Assembly: GCA_964388435.1 (NCBI GenBank)
Contig: CAYMAH010000003.1
Location: 1-47,589, forward strand
Origin: Candidatus Micrarchaeota archaeon
GTDB lineage: Archaea > Micrarchaeota > Micrarchaeia > Norongarragalinales > UBA8480
Length of the DNA: 47,589 nucleotides
Direction: 5' to 3'
The position numbers and the translations under genes are program-made. Below the pieces are notes generated by a model that saw only the letters and a list, made by a program, of their open reading frames with translations, had not been told where the DNA came from and ran no database searches. Below are positions 8,352 to 18,180 of this stretch, in pieces; the stretch's first letter is position 1, and each line of letters opens with the position of its first letter.

Positions 8352-8946
8352 TTAACCTCGCCTCTAAAAAATTCTTTATTCTATCAGTTAAACCCGAAGT
8401 ATGAGCCTCGTCAGATATTTTCCTTATCGCTTCTACAGCAAGCACGACATTGCCATTCTTTAGGAACACCCTGCCGTTTTTACCGACAAAAATCTCACTC
8501 TTAGTCAGGCTTCTAACCATTTCAATCATGCTGTTGTTTCTTCCTATTATTCGTGGAACGGTCACAGCGCTCACTTCTAAAACTTCTCCATTGAAAAGCT
8601 TTTTAGGCTCGACAAGTATCAAATTGTTAATCTCATCAATGCTGTCAACTCTGGCAATCAAAATATCCCCGATTCTGAACTCCTGTCTTAAATCTCTTGA
8701 ATCGAGAACGCCCTGAAACGGAGCGTTTACATCTATCAAATACCCCGAAAACCTTTCTTCCATTACCACACCCACTATCAAATCTCCTGGAAACGGAGTG
8801 TATCTTCCTTTCAGCGGGATGAAAAATCCGTCTGAAAGTATTCCGACAACCGAAGAGTAAGTCTTCCCATTCTCAATGTACGCGCCTGAAAGCCTTTTTG
8901 GGAAGTCGAAAATCAACTCTCCAGGCGTCACTATTTTTTTTTCCAT
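8335..8946 (-). CDS. rrp4: Exosome RNA-binding subunit Rrp4 (S1 + KH)
   Basis: S1-like GDLIVGVVMEE..YLIDVNAPFQGVL and KH-like VPRIIGRNNSMIEMVRSLTKSEIFVGKNGRVFL. Overlaps rrp41 by 17 nt. Confidence 0.85.
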   Translation of the reverse strand: MEKKIVTPGELIFDFPKRLSGAYIENGKTYSSVVGILSDGFFIPLKGRYTPFPGDLIVGVVMEERFSGYLIDVNAPFQGVLDSRDLRQEFRIGDILIARVDSIDEINNLILVEPKKLFNGEVLEVSAVTVPRIIGRNNSMIEMVRSLTKSEIFVGKNGRVFLKNGNVVLAVEAIRKISDEAHTSGLTDRIKNFLEARLNEQSK

Positions 8947-8949
8947 TTT

Positions 8950-9633
8950 TCACAAAACCTTTGTTTGAACACTGCCACCCGTCAGCTTGTTCATTTTATT
9001 ATAAAAATCATCCTGCAAACCCGCGGGAAAAACACAAACTCCAACCAAACTTCCGTCACTTCCATACTCGCTTTTTTCAAGGCCAAACTCCTTCAAAACA
9101 CCGAATGCCCTGCCCGCGAATTGAGAGTTGACCTTCACTGCTATTTTAATGTTTTCTATTTTTATTGGAAGAATCTCCCTAATCTTTTCAACAGCCTCTT
9201 CCATCTGCTTGTCCACGCTTTTGAAAAGATCAACCTTGAACTTAACCTCATCCAAAGCACTTTCAATCCTTTGCGGCGGGTGGGGCGCCTTATTATGGGG
9301 GTCGATGCAGTTCCTTGATATCAGCGATATTATCCTCGCCTTCTTCTCCTCAAGAAGCTTTCTCCTTCTTTCAGTTGTAAGCTGAAGTTCCCCCTCATTT
9401 ACTATAATTTCTCCAACACTGACAGAATCGGAAGTGCCGAAAATCTTCTTCAATTCAGCGTCAGACGGTCTGTCTCCCTTTTTAGCGTCCTTGAAAATCT
9501 CATCAACGCTTAAAACGTTAGAAAAATCTTTTTTAACCCCACTCTTGAAATTATAAGCTTTGTCCTCATCCACGAAAACCTCGAACTTTTCTCCCCCTCT
9601 CTCCAGCCGGGCTATTATAGAACCCTCAAGCAA
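8950..9633 (-). CDS. sdo1: SBDS (Shwachman-Bodian-Diamond) family ribosome maturation protein
   Basis: ARLERGGEKFEVFVDEDKAYNFKSG N-terminal FYSH domain; conserved position between psmA and rrp4. Confidence 0.85.
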   Translation of the reverse strand: MLEGSIIARLERGGEKFEVFVDEDKAYNFKSGVKKDFSNVLSVDEIFKDAKKGDRPSDAELKKIFGTSDSVSVGEIIVNEGELQLTTERRRKLLEEKKARIISLISRNCIDPHNKAPHPPQRIESALDEVKFKVDLFKSVDKQMEEAVEKIREILPIKIENIKIAVKVNSQFAGRAFGVLKEFGLEKSEYGSDGSLVGVCVFPAGLQDDFYNKMNKLTGGSVQTKVL

Positions 9634-9657
9634 ACAAAAATCACCATTTCACGAATT

Positions 9658-10371
9658 TCAATCCTTACCGCCCAAAAAAGCGGCTATCTCATTCTTAGAG
9701 TAAACTTTCATTACCCCGTCGTTTGAAATAAAAGTAATGTCAACCATTGAAGCGGTGAGTTTCTCCTCCACGCACTTCTTTAAACCTTTCAATGCAAGTT
9801 TTATAGCGTCATTCAAACTCATTTTGTCTTTGTACTCCTTTTCAAAAAGCTCTTCAACAATTTTCTTTCCACTTCCTATAGCTGTTGCTCTATACTCAAA
9901 CAACGCTCCGCTTGGATCAGTTTCGAAAAGCCTACTCTCGCTGTTCACTCCCGCTATCAAAAGCGAAACACCATACGGTCTAACTCCAGCGTATTGAGTG
10001 AAAAATTGAATGTGATCCCCGATGCTTTTAGCCAAGCTGTCAACAGATATGGGCTCGTCATAAGTAAGGTGGTGATTTTGAGCTTCCAGCCTGGCAAAAT
10101 CAACAAGCTTTCTAGCGTCGGCAACCAAACCGCTTGAAGCGGCCGCTATATGACTGTCAATAGCGTAGATTTTCTCATGAGACTGTTCAATTAAAAGAGA
10201 GGAATAGATTCTCTTGTGAGCTATCAAAACAACCCCCTCAGCGCATATCAATCCAATGCTAGTAGTTCCGGTTTTAACCGCCTCCCTAGCATATTCTACC
10301 TGGAAAAGCCTTCCGTCAGGAGAGAAAACCGTTATCGCTCTGTCATATGCACTTTGTTGAGGAGGATACAT
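9658..10371 (-). CDS. psmA: Proteasome subunit alpha
   Basis: YDRAITVFSPDGRLFQVEYAREAVKTGTTSIGL signature. Confidence 0.93.
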   Translation of the reverse strand: MYPPQQSAYDRAITVFSPDGRLFQVEYAREAVKTGTTSIGLICAEGVVLIAHKRIYSSLLIEQSHEKIYAIDSHIAAASSGLVADARKLVDFARLEAQNHHLTYDEPISVDSLAKSIGDHIQFFTQYAGVRPYGVSLLIAGVNSESRLFETDPSGALFEYRATAIGSGKKIVEELFEKEYKDKMSLNDAIKLALKGLKKCVEEKLTASMVDITFISNDGVMKVYSKNEIAAFLGGKD

Positions 10372-10490
10372 TTTAAAATTACCACCAATAAGACTTATTG
10401 AATTTTTAATTTAAACGCTATTTATTATAAACATAATCAATAATAATCTTTTTGTTGAATTTTAATTTAAAAAATTAAATTCAAAAAATA

Positions 10491-10766
10491 CTAGTTAGAT
10501 GTCAACGCTTTTATAGTGCCGCTTATCTTTACAACTCTTACCACCGTTGGACTTGCACCCTCTTTTGCCTTAAGAGCGGTCGCTGCTATCACCTGCTCAA
10601 GCCCTTTGAGATAGCACTTTGCAACCCACTTATCGTTGAACTGAAAAAGAATCTTGAAATTGGATTCCGAAACTCCATTCTCGCCTATAAAACTAGAAAC
10701 AGCCCTTTCTATCAACTCCCTGCCTCCGCTTGACTCTATAAGCAAATACCTGCTTTTAATCTTCAA
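10491..10766 (-). CDS. rnp2: RNase P protein component 2 (Pop5), shortened
   Basis: 91 aa, KSRYLLIE N-terminus, sits between rnp3 and psmA as in other archaea. The call rests partly on context. Confidence 0.6.
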   Translation of the reverse strand: MKIKSRYLLIESSGGRELIERAVSSFIGENGVSESNFKILFQFNDKWVAKCYLKGLEQVIAATALKAKEGASPTVVRVVKISGTIKALTSN

Positions 10767-11239
10767 AAAACAACACCTAACGTTTCAACTCTGCCAGAAA
10801 AAGCGTACTCCGCCTGTCTATAATCTAACCCGAGGGTTATCCCAATGGCAATCCATTCCCTTGGAGTTTTAAGCTCGCTTTCCTCCATAGCCCTGCTTGT
10901 AAAAACAAAACAGGCTTTTTTTCTAAGGCAGAATTTAAGAAAAAGCCTTACTCTATTCATAAACCTCGCTCTCTCCGTCCCTTCAACCCTGAGAAAAAAC
11001 GAGATGGGTATTTCAAAACACTTGTTTCCCTCAATCACGCTTTTCACTAATAGTTTATTCTCGTAGAATTTTTTAACCCTGAAAGGATTTACAAGCGCGA
11101 AGTTTTTTTTCTTGCACTCCCCGACAACTTTCTTCTCATCTCCCTCTATCACGGGAAGGGAAATTGCTTTTTCAAACCCGAACTGCCTCTCCTTTTCAGC
11201 CAGAAGAGGTTTGGAAATATTCAAATCATAAAATTTCAT
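10763..11239 (-). CDS. rnp3: RNase P protein component 3 (Rpp30), shortened
   Basis: FYDLNI start, ..CFEIPISFFLR.., VFTSRAMEESELKTPREWIAIGITLGL matches the Rpp30 C-terminal pattern (SSgA..dlR.Pr). 158 aa, overlaps rnp2 by 4 nt. Confidence 0.7.
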   Translation of the reverse strand: MKFYDLNISKPLLAEKERQFGFEKAISLPVIEGDEKKVVGECKKKNFALVNPFRVKKFYENKLLVKSVIEGNKCFEIPISFFLRVEGTERARFMNRVRLFLKFCLRKKACFVFTSRAMEESELKTPREWIAIGITLGLDYRQAEYAFSGRVETLGVVF

Positions 11240-11246
11240 TCAAGCA

Positions 11247-12995
11247 TCACTTAACAAATAAAAGAATAACAAGACTGGACGCTATTCCAATGAAAAACAA
11301 GAAGGGAACTATAATCTTTACCATGGAAATCAAAGCGTTTATAGTGCCAATGAACTCCGAAGATTTCTGAACACCTAAAACGTTAATTTTAATGGTTCCA
11401 GTTTCAATCTTAGCACGGCAATTCTTAACATTTTTCACTGCCTTCTCAACAGTCTCCAATGCTATTGGAATCAAACTTTCGTCAGTTAGAGGATTATGTA
11501 TCCCTTTGACCAGGTTAACATAATGAGAGTCGGTGGTTAAAACATCAACAAAATCAAAACCCTTCACCGAGTTTATAAGCTTCTCTCTAAATAGTGGAAT
11601 GCAATTGTTAGCGTCAAAGACAATCAAACAATGCTTTTCAACTCCTTCTATAACCGCCACTTTAATGCCGGCCATACCAACCTGCTTTGAGTTAACGGCG
11701 GTTTCAGCAAATCCTATCCTTAGATTTTCAGAAGACTTAGACTTTTTTATGGTTTCAACGCTTTTCATCAGCCTTTCGAAAACATCGCTTCCGAAAAAAC
11801 TTATACTACCCCTTGAATTATGTCGGTCAACTATAACCGCGTCGCTGAAAAAAGACAATGCCCTGCTTCTTAAAGCAAAACCTATCGCTTGGTCTATATC
11901 CTCGGTCGCCGAAGGGGCGTTGGAAAAGGTAAGAAAAGCCTTGCCGCCAACATCAAAACCGTCAATCATGCTGTCGCCTACTTTAGAATGAAGAAAAGAA
12001 ATTTTAGAAGAATAAATGCCTTTTCTGACAAGAGACTCTACCTCGTCGTTTACTATCTTAACGCTTGAAGCGCTCACAGGATTGAAATCGTGATTAGCAG
12101 CCCCTTTAAAAACAATAACCGGACAATGGTATTTCTTTTCAAGATGCTCTGAAATCAAATACGGAAAAGCACTACCCCCAAGAGTTCCAAGAGGTCCGTA
12201 GTGAATCATTGGAACCACAAACATGCCCTCAAACCCCTTGTTTTTAAATGAAACCACGCTTACAAGAGTGTTGACTTTCTCAGAAGAGACGCTGAACAGT
12301 GTTTCCAGTTCCCTGCCTCCGCTGAGCCATTGGGACATGAAAAACCTTGAAACCTGAACCGCTGAAACTCCGAAGTTTCTTTTTGTCGGCGCGTTGATGA
12401 CAATCTCCACGCTCCACAAAACCAGAAGAAAAATTAATATTGTTGTAACAAGCTGGAAAAAAACGGTAAGGGAATTAAATGTCAATGGCTGCAAAAAGCC
12501 AATCAACTTCCAGAAAAGCAGGAAAAAAAGAAAAAGAACAGGTTGAATGAAGCTTAAAACAAAGCTTTTGAGCTTGAGGTTAAAAGCGAAGAAAAGCACC
12601 ACAAACCAAAGCAGGTAGACAAGAGCGCTTGAAACTACTGCAAGAACAACCACTCCTTGGCTAAAGCCGACCTCTGAAAATAAAAGTCCAAGAAAAGAAA
12701 AAAGCAGAAAAACAACAAGCCCAACCATTCCTGTAAAGAGAGAATGCTTAACGTTCTTGAATTTTTTAATGCCAGAAACAATGAAAGCGGGAATCAAAAC
12801 AGAAAACAACAACACAACAGAAGAAAAGCCTAGAACAAGCGATTTAACAGAAAGCCCGAAAGCGAAAGCGCTCCAGAAAAAACCGAAAAGCAGCGACAGC
12901 ACCAATGAATAAACAAGGATTTTGCCTGTTGACGGAATGTTGAAGAAGATTTTAGTGAAAAACAAAGCCTTATCTCTTAAATCATTCAAATTCAA
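11247..12995 (-). CDS. Large polytopic membrane protein with a soluble C-terminal region (DUF2070/COG3356-like by context)
   Basis: Multiple TM helices in the first ~210 aa, then ~330 aa that look soluble, then a final TM. TTG start overlaps the stop of the upstream 60-aa ORF (TTGA). The family assignment is from memory of neighbourhood conservation and is unverified. Confidence 0.6.
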   Translation of the reverse strand: MNLNDLRDKALFFTKIFFNIPSTGKILVYSLVLSLLFGFFWSAFAFGLSVKSLVLGFSSVVLLFSVLIPAFIVSGIKKFKNVKHSLFTGMVGLVVFLLFSFLGLLFSEVGFSQGVVVLAVVSSALVYLLWFVVLFFAFNLKLKSFVLSFIQPVLFLFFLLFWKLIGFLQPLTFNSLTVFFQLVTTILIFLLVLWSVEIVINAPTKRNFGVSAVQVSRFFMSQWLSGGRELETLFSVSSEKVNTLVSVVSFKNKGFEGMFVVPMIHYGPLGTLGGSAFPYLISEHLEKKYHCPVIVFKGAANHDFNPVSASSVKIVNDEVESLVRKGIYSSKISFLHSKVGDSMIDGFDVGGKAFLTFSNAPSATEDIDQAIGFALRSRALSFFSDAVIVDRHNSRGSISFFGSDVFERLMKSVETIKKSKSSENLRIGFAETAVNSKQVGMAGIKVAVIEGVEKHCLIVFDANNCIPLFREKLINSVKGFDFVDVLTTDSHYVNLVKGIHNPLTDESLIPIALETVEKAVKNVKNCRAKIETGTIKINVLGVQKSSEFIGTINALISMVKIIVPFLFFIGIASSLVILLFVK

Positions 12996-13174
12996 TCAAC
13001 CTTGTCTTCAACCAGACGCTTTTTAAGAAACTCCGCATTTTCTATAAACTCGCTTACAGTCAGTTTAAAGCTCTTTTTTTTCTTGCAAGAGATTTTCATC
13101 AATTCAAGCGTAAGATAGCGCAGCTCACTGTTAACCGCCGCTAGGTCATCAAAATCGCTCCACTCTTCGTCCAT
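12992..13174 (-). CDS. Small acidic hypothetical protein (60 aa)
   Basis: ORF translationally coupled (4-nt overlap) to the membrane protein gene. No motif recognised. Confidence 0.35.
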   Translation of the reverse strand: MDEEWSDFDDLAAVNSELRYLTLELMKISCKKKKSFKLTVSEFIENAEFLKKRLVEDKVD

Positions 13175-13226
13175 GGTTAATAATTAAAGGAAAAAAAATA
13201 AAAATACGACTGAGAAAATAAAATAC

Positions 13227-13844
13227 ATGAAAATCGCAGGTTTGGATGCAGAAGAAAATAAAATATCGGAAAAAGTAGCTGTGATAAGCCCAGGCTTCAG
13301 AGCAACAAAAAACGAGAAATACCTGATAAAAATAAAAAGGGAAATAGAAAAAAGGGGAATATCAACCATAATTTTCACATTCAGAATGAAAAAAATAACA
13401 GTTAAAAGCGAGCTTAACGACCTGAATAAAATAGTAAAAAAAGCTGAAAAATATGATAAGATAGCACTGGTAGGGCACAGTTTTGGAGGACTTATATCAA
13501 TAATATACGCCGGAAGCACAAACAAAAAAAAGATTAAAACTTTAGTTTTACTATCCGCTCCTGCAAGTGAAAAATCCAGCGGAAGAGAGTGGATTAAAAA
13601 ACTGAAAAAAGAACTAAAAGAAGAAAAAGCAACATCTAAAATCAGAAAAGTTAAAATTCCAACTCTTATAATTCAAGGAGTTTTAGACGAAAGAATTTCA
13701 AAAAACAGCGGGAGGAAACTTAAAAAAAAGATAAGCGGAAGCGTGCTAAAGGAATTCAAGACGGATCATTTCTACACAAATAGGAGGGAACTTAAAAAAA
13801 TAAGCATGGAAACTGCAAAATGGATTGAAAAACAACTAAAGTAA
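13227..13844 (+). CDS. Alpha/beta hydrolase fold protein
   Basis: Nucleophile elbow VGHSFGG, LIIQGVLDE (acid), KTDHFY (His). Preferred over the antisense ORF 13184-13525. Confidence 0.7.
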   Translation: MKIAGLDAEENKISEKVAVISPGFRATKNEKYLIKIKREIEKRGISTIIFTFRMKKITVKSELNDLNKIVKKAEKYDKIALVGHSFGGLISIIYAGSTNKKKIKTLVLLSAPASEKSSGREWIKKLKKELKEEKATSKIRKVKIPTLIIQGVLDERISKNSGRKLKKKISGSVLKEFKTDHFYTNRRELKKISMETAKWIEKQLK

Positions 13845-13873
13845 TAAAAACAGCAAAAACCAAAATATAATAC

Positions 13874-14455
13874 GTGAATCTGGAAAAAATATGCCCGTCG
13901 TGCGGGAGAAGTGGAGTCGAATTTATAGGCAGCTTCTGCAAGGACTGCTATCTCAACAAAAACAAGCTTATCGAAGTGCCAAGAATGGTTGAAGTGGTGC
14001 AATGCAGGCAGTGCGGAAAAATAATAGGAGGAAGCGCAGAGGATATTGTAAAATCAAAAGCGAAAACCAAGTTCGATGGCAGGATAGAATTCGATAACGG
14101 CAAGATAAAATTCGAAACCGAAATACAAGGGGTAAAAATCAACCAAGAGTTTCCGGTAGAAGTGAGATTAAAAAGCAGGCTGTGCGAAGAATGTGGAAGA
14201 ATAAAAAGCGGGTATTATGAAGGAATAATTCAAGTAAGAAATGACAGAGGAGAGGAGATAATAAAAAAAATCCAGGAGAACACCTTCATCTCAAAAATTG
14301 AAGAGCAAAAAAATGGGATAGATATTTACACAGGAAGCGCAAAAGAGACTAGAAAAACGCTTAAGCGAATGGGTTTGAAGGCAAGTGAAAGTAAGAAACT
14401 TTATGGCATGAGAAGGGGAAGAAATTTATATAGAACAAGTTTTCTCGTTCGTTGA
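13874..14455 (+). CDS. NMD3-like zinc-ribbon protein (ribosome biogenesis/export adaptor homolog)
   Basis: CPSCGR..FCKDCY, CRQCGK and CEECGR Cys pairs in NMD3 N-terminal arrangement. GTG start. Confidence 0.6.
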   Translation: MNLEKICPSCGRSGVEFIGSFCKDCYLNKNKLIEVPRMVEVVQCRQCGKIIGGSAEDIVKSKAKTKFDGRIEFDNGKIKFETEIQGVKINQEFPVEVRLKSRLCEECGRIKSGYYEGIIQVRNDRGEEIIKKIQENTFISKIEEQKNGIDIYTGSAKETRKTLKRMGLKASESKKLYGMRRGRNLYRTSFLVR

Positions 14456-14528
14456 AAACATTTCTGTCAACGGTAAGCAAAATAGAGATCTGGATAATCA
14501 ACAATAAATTTAAATATTTTAAAATAAA

Positions 14529-15212
14529 CTATTGTGAAATTTTTTTCAAAGACTCATTCAAAACGTTCAAATCCTCGTTGGTTAAAAGAAGAGGCAGCCC
14601 CTCGCTCTCGGCTATTTTCACAGCGAGTTTGTCAACCTTTGTAACTCCATGCAAAACAACTACAACTGGTTTTATAGGCGAAACTCTAACCGCCACCATC
14701 GGACTTCTACCTGTTTCAACATGGGTGAATATCAACGCCCTCTGAGAAGTGGTGCTGTAAATCTTCATGAAACTCTCGTAAGGCAATTCCAAAATTATTT
14801 TAATGCTGTCAAGAATAGTACATCCGAAAAGCATTTTGTTCTTAGCCTGCTCTCCAGCCAAGAATTTTGCGTTGATTATCTTTGCAAACTCATCGATGGT
14901 TATCTCCTTGTTAAAGTCAAAACTCTGAAAGAAAACATTATTAGCGTCATACTCCTTGAATTTTTTAACTACCTGCCCTCCCCTCTGGATGTCAAGCTGA
15001 ATAAGCGCTTCCACAAACCGCTTTATAACAACTATTCCTGGACTCTTTCTCCTTGAAGCCTCATAATCGCTCACGGTTGAAGGGCTTATCTTCAGAAAAT
15101 CGGCTATTGCAATCTGAGGAATTCCAAATATCTCCCTCCATTTTCTCATGGTATCTCCGGGAAATTCCGACAAGGCTATTTCTCCGGCAATCCTGAGTCT
15201 TAAATCTTCCAT
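14529..15212 (-). CDS. HTH (XRE/Cro-C1-type) transcriptional regulator with C-terminal domain of unknown function
   Basis: MRKWREIFGIPQIAIADFLKISPSTVSDYEASRR helix-turn-helix; 227 aa. Confidence 0.65.
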   Translation of the reverse strand: MEDLRLRIAGEIALSEFPGDTMRKWREIFGIPQIAIADFLKISPSTVSDYEASRRKSPGIVVIKRFVEALIQLDIQRGGQVVKKFKEYDANNVFFQSFDFNKEITIDEFAKIINAKFLAGEQAKNKMLFGCTILDSIKIILELPYESFMKIYSTTSQRALIFTHVETGRSPMVAVRVSPIKPVVVVLHGVTKVDKLAVKIAESEGLPLLLTNEDLNVLNESLKKISQ

Positions 15213-15266
15213 TCAATTTCATTTAATACATACATATATTAAAATCTTGTTGAAATAAAAAAAACC

Positions 15267-15899
15267 ATGCATTTAAACATCGAAAGAAAAAATCCAAAAA
15301 AATTCAAAACATCAGTCTACGGAATAAAAATAAAGGGAAGTGAAAATATTTACGAACCGCACGAAGACTCGGAAATGCTTTCAAAAGCGGTAAAAGAAAA
15401 CGCTTTTGGGAATTTTTTAGATATGGGAACTGGAAGCGGGCTGCAGGCTATATCGGCATTCAAAAACAAAAAAGTGAAAAGCGTAACCGCTGTTGACATC
15501 AGCACAGTTGCCTTAAAAGAAGCCAAAAAAAACGCAAAAACAAACAAAGCAAAGGTAAGATTCAAAAAATCTAATCTTTTTTCAAATATAAAGGATAGTT
15601 TTGACTGCATAGCCTTCAACCCTCCATACCTTCCTACAAGCAAGTGGGAAAAACTCTCAGGGGAAATTAACTTGGCATTCGACGGAGGTGTGAGTGGGAG
15701 AAGGGTAAGCAATGAATTCATCAAACAGGTTAAAAAACACCTTAAAAAAAAAGGAATCATTCTAATGGTCGGAAGTTCGCTTTCAGAGTATGAAAAAACA
15801 ATCAACAATTTGAAAAAAGTCGGTTTTGAAACTGAATTAGTAGATAGGAAAAACTTTTTTATTGAAGAAGTGGTGATAATAAAGGCATGGCTTCACTGA
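15267..15899 (+). CDS. HemK/Mtq2-type N5-glutamine (release factor) methyltransferase
   Basis: SAM motif LDMGTGSGLQAISA and catalytic NPPY (CIAFNPPYLPT). Confidence 0.75.
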   Translation: MHLNIERKNPKKFKTSVYGIKIKGSENIYEPHEDSEMLSKAVKENAFGNFLDMGTGSGLQAISAFKNKKVKSVTAVDISTVALKEAKKNAKTNKAKVRFKKSNLFSNIKDSFDCIAFNPPYLPTSKWEKLSGEINLAFDGGVSGRRVSNEFIKQVKKHLKKKGIILMVGSSLSEYEKTINNLKKVGFETELVDRKNFFIEEVVIIKAWLH

Positions 15900-16771
15900 A
15901 TGCCGGACCGGAATTCTACGCTGCGCAGCAGAGGTACAGCGACGCTAAAACGCCTGAGGAAAGGCTGGAAGCATTGAGAGAAATGTACCGTTTAGCTCCA
16001 AAGCACAAAGCAAGTGAAAACCTGCTTAAAGACATAACAACTAAAATAGGAAAAATAAACAAGGAAATAGGAAAAATAAAAAGGGAAAAATCAAGAAAAA
16101 AAGAAAAAGCGGAATTCAAAAAAGAAGGAGTTCAAACAACGATAGTAGGAGTTGAAAACGCTGGAAAAACAGCTCTGTTCAACATTCTTGCAGGACAGCA
16201 CAACCTATCAAGTCAAACCCCGTTTGAAACAAAAAAATTCACTCCGGGAACAATGAAATTCGAAAATATAAAAATACAATTGATTGACACTCCAAGCCTT
16301 ACCGAAGCGAATTTCGGCCAAATTTCAAGCCACTGCAAAAACTCTGAATTGATTATTTTTTTAATTGAAGAAAACGCAGAGAAAAAAATTCAAGATGAAT
16401 TTCTAAGTTGGCTTGACAGAAACAAAATAAAAAAAATAGTTTTAAAGCCAAAAAAAGATCTGACTGGATTACAAGAAGAAAACAACTACAACATTATCGA
16501 TGATAAAGATGTTGAAAAGATTAGGAAAAAAATCTTTGAAGGCCTGCAGATAATAAGAATTTACACCAAACCCCCACATGGGAAGCCGGACTACAGCGAG
16601 CCAATAATACTCAACAAGGGAGATACTGTAAAAGAGGCAGCCGCTAAAATCCACAAGGAGTTTGTCAATTTCAGAAGTGTTAAGGCTTGGGGTTCGACAA
16701 AGTTTCCAGGCCAGCAGATAAATTCAGACTATGAATTGAAAGATGGAGATTTAATAGAAGTAAAAGTCTAA
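15887..16771 (+). CDS. DRG-like GTP-binding protein with C-terminal TGS domain, divergent G motifs
   Basis: GVENAGKTALFN (G1). TGS: IIRIYTKPPHGKPDYSEPIILNKGDTVKEAAAKIHKEF...DGDLIEV. G3 reads DTPS and there is no clear NKxD. Confidence 0.65.
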   Translation: MASLNAGPEFYAAQQRYSDAKTPEERLEALREMYRLAPKHKASENLLKDITTKIGKINKEIGKIKREKSRKKEKAEFKKEGVQTTIVGVENAGKTALFNILAGQHNLSSQTPFETKKFTPGTMKFENIKIQLIDTPSLTEANFGQISSHCKNSELIIFLIEENAEKKIQDEFLSWLDRNKIKKIVLKPKKDLTGLQEENNYNIIDDKDVEKIRKKIFEGLQIIRIYTKPPHGKPDYSEPIILNKGDTVKEAAAKIHKEFVNFRSVKAWGSTKFPGQQINSDYELKDGDLIEVKV

Positions 16772-18006
16772 GTCTTCTCGTCATCTTCAGATTTTTGGGA
16801 TTTTTTATACTTTAAGTAAGCGTAATAAGCAATTATTAAAATTACAGCAAGACCAATGAATTCATATAGAGATGAGGTTGAAAGCACGGGAGAAGGCTGA
16901 TTAACAGGAACAACGGGAACAGAAAGCAGAGATTGAGCCTGTTGTATTTCATTTGAGATTTGAGACATCAGCGAAATAGCCAGAGGATAAGCCGACTTTG
17001 AATTCATCAAAACGACAAGTTGATTATAATCAGCAGCAAGCTTTGTGAAATTGAATCCCTTAGACTGCAAAACTGAGATTGTCGAAGAGGATGAAATTAA
17101 TGAAAGTTGGCTCTTGATATTTGAAAATTCATTCAATGCCTGAATCTCCACCACTCTTGACTCAAAATTGCTAACCGCTTGGGAAGCGCTTGCATTGCTC
17201 AAAGTTGGAATGTTGTTGTAATAATTCAAAATAAGCTGAAAACTCTGAGGATTCGGAACTGACGGATATATATAATAAATCTTGGACATCAAACCAGAGG
17301 AGGTATTTGAATAACTGAGATTGTTAGCTATTGGAGTCAAAGCATTATCAAAAGCGTTTATAGCAACTATCACATTATAATAATCATTTAGCATATTTCC
17401 ATAAGAAGAATAAGTCATGTTGAAAGTCACGTCAGATATTGTCTGAGTCTGATTTAACTCTGACTGAGTTTGCAGAAAATTAATGCTGTCAGAATTCAAA
17501 ATAGAAGCGTAGTTGTAAATATTTTGAAGATAATTGGAAACATTGAAAAAGTTAATCTGAGGATTCAAACCTTCAACTTGCTGAAGAGCCTGCTGAGAAG
17601 CACTAACATTGTTCAACAACGAAGTTGAAAGAGAATTCAGATTAGAAGAAGAAAATGATGAGTAAGTTGGGTTAGAATTAAAAGAATTAAAGGAATTCTC
17701 TTCAAAAAAAAGATTGTACAAATCCTGAAGGATTGAATTATCATTAACAATGCTTCCAGATTCATAGTTAACTGCAACCAGAATATTGGGAGTGGAGTTT
17801 GAATTGCCGGAATACAAGCCCACAAGCCAGTAATTATTGCCGTTGAAGCTGAAAATATTAGGCTGTACAATGTAATTCTCATTAGCCCCCGATGGTATGA
17901 GAGAAGAAGCCGTTGTCCCAGCGGCTTCCTGTGAAACCTGAGCGCTTACTGAAAGAATTAAAAAACCCAGCAAAAGCAGGGGCTTCCAATCAACATTTAT
18001 TCTCAT
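16768..18006 (-). CDS. Asn/Gln/Ser-rich anchored surface glycoprotein (paralog of 3204-4685)
   Basis: Probable start at ATG 18006 (MRINVDWKPLLLLGFLILSVSAQV signal). The ORF-track extension to 18210 overlaps the divergent gene. C-terminal TM FIGLAVILIIAYYAYLKYKK and many N-x-S/T sequons. Confidence 0.65.
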   Translation of the reverse strand: MRINVDWKPLLLLGFLILSVSAQVSQEAAGTTASSLIPSGANENYIVQPNIFSFNGNNYWLVGLYSGNSNSTPNILVAVNYESGSIVNDNSILQDLYNLFFEENSFNSFNSNPTYSSFSSSNLNSLSTSLLNNVSASQQALQQVEGLNPQINFFNVSNYLQNIYNYASILNSDSINFLQTQSELNQTQTISDVTFNMTYSSYGNMLNDYYNVIVAINAFDNALTPIANNLSYSNTSSGLMSKIYYIYPSVPNPQSFQLILNYYNNIPTLSNASASQAVSNFESRVVEIQALNEFSNIKSQLSLISSSSTISVLQSKGFNFTKLAADYNQLVVLMNSKSAYPLAISLMSQISNEIQQAQSLLSVPVVPVNQPSPVLSTSSLYEFIGLAVILIIAYYAYLKYKKSQKSEDDEKT

Positions 18007-18180
18007 AGTGATATAAAAAAACAAAAACAAGTTTAAAACCCTTGCGCTGAAATAGATTTTAATGGTTGTAAAGCGGTTAAAGGTTTTCCTAAAAACAAAA
18101 GACTTTTCACTTAAAAAAACCATTTGAAAAGATTCATTCAAAGCGCAAGTGTTAAAATCATTGAGTTTTAGAAAAAAAAC

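Noticed and set aside
10398-10471. Direct repeat TTGAATTTT(T)AATTTAAA (10398-10415 and 10455-10471) in the 119-bp gap between pop5 and psmA; considered as origin or ORB-like element
   Set aside because: Pure A/T low-complexity sequence resembling TATA/BRE promoter elements for psmA. There is no GC-containing ORB core and no nearby cdc6/orc1.
13184-13525. 113-aa antisense ORF overlapping the alpha/beta hydrolase gene
   Set aside because: Low-complexity hydrophobic translation of the opposite strand of a Lys-rich gene. The plus-strand ORF has the GxSxG/Asp/His hydrolase motifs.
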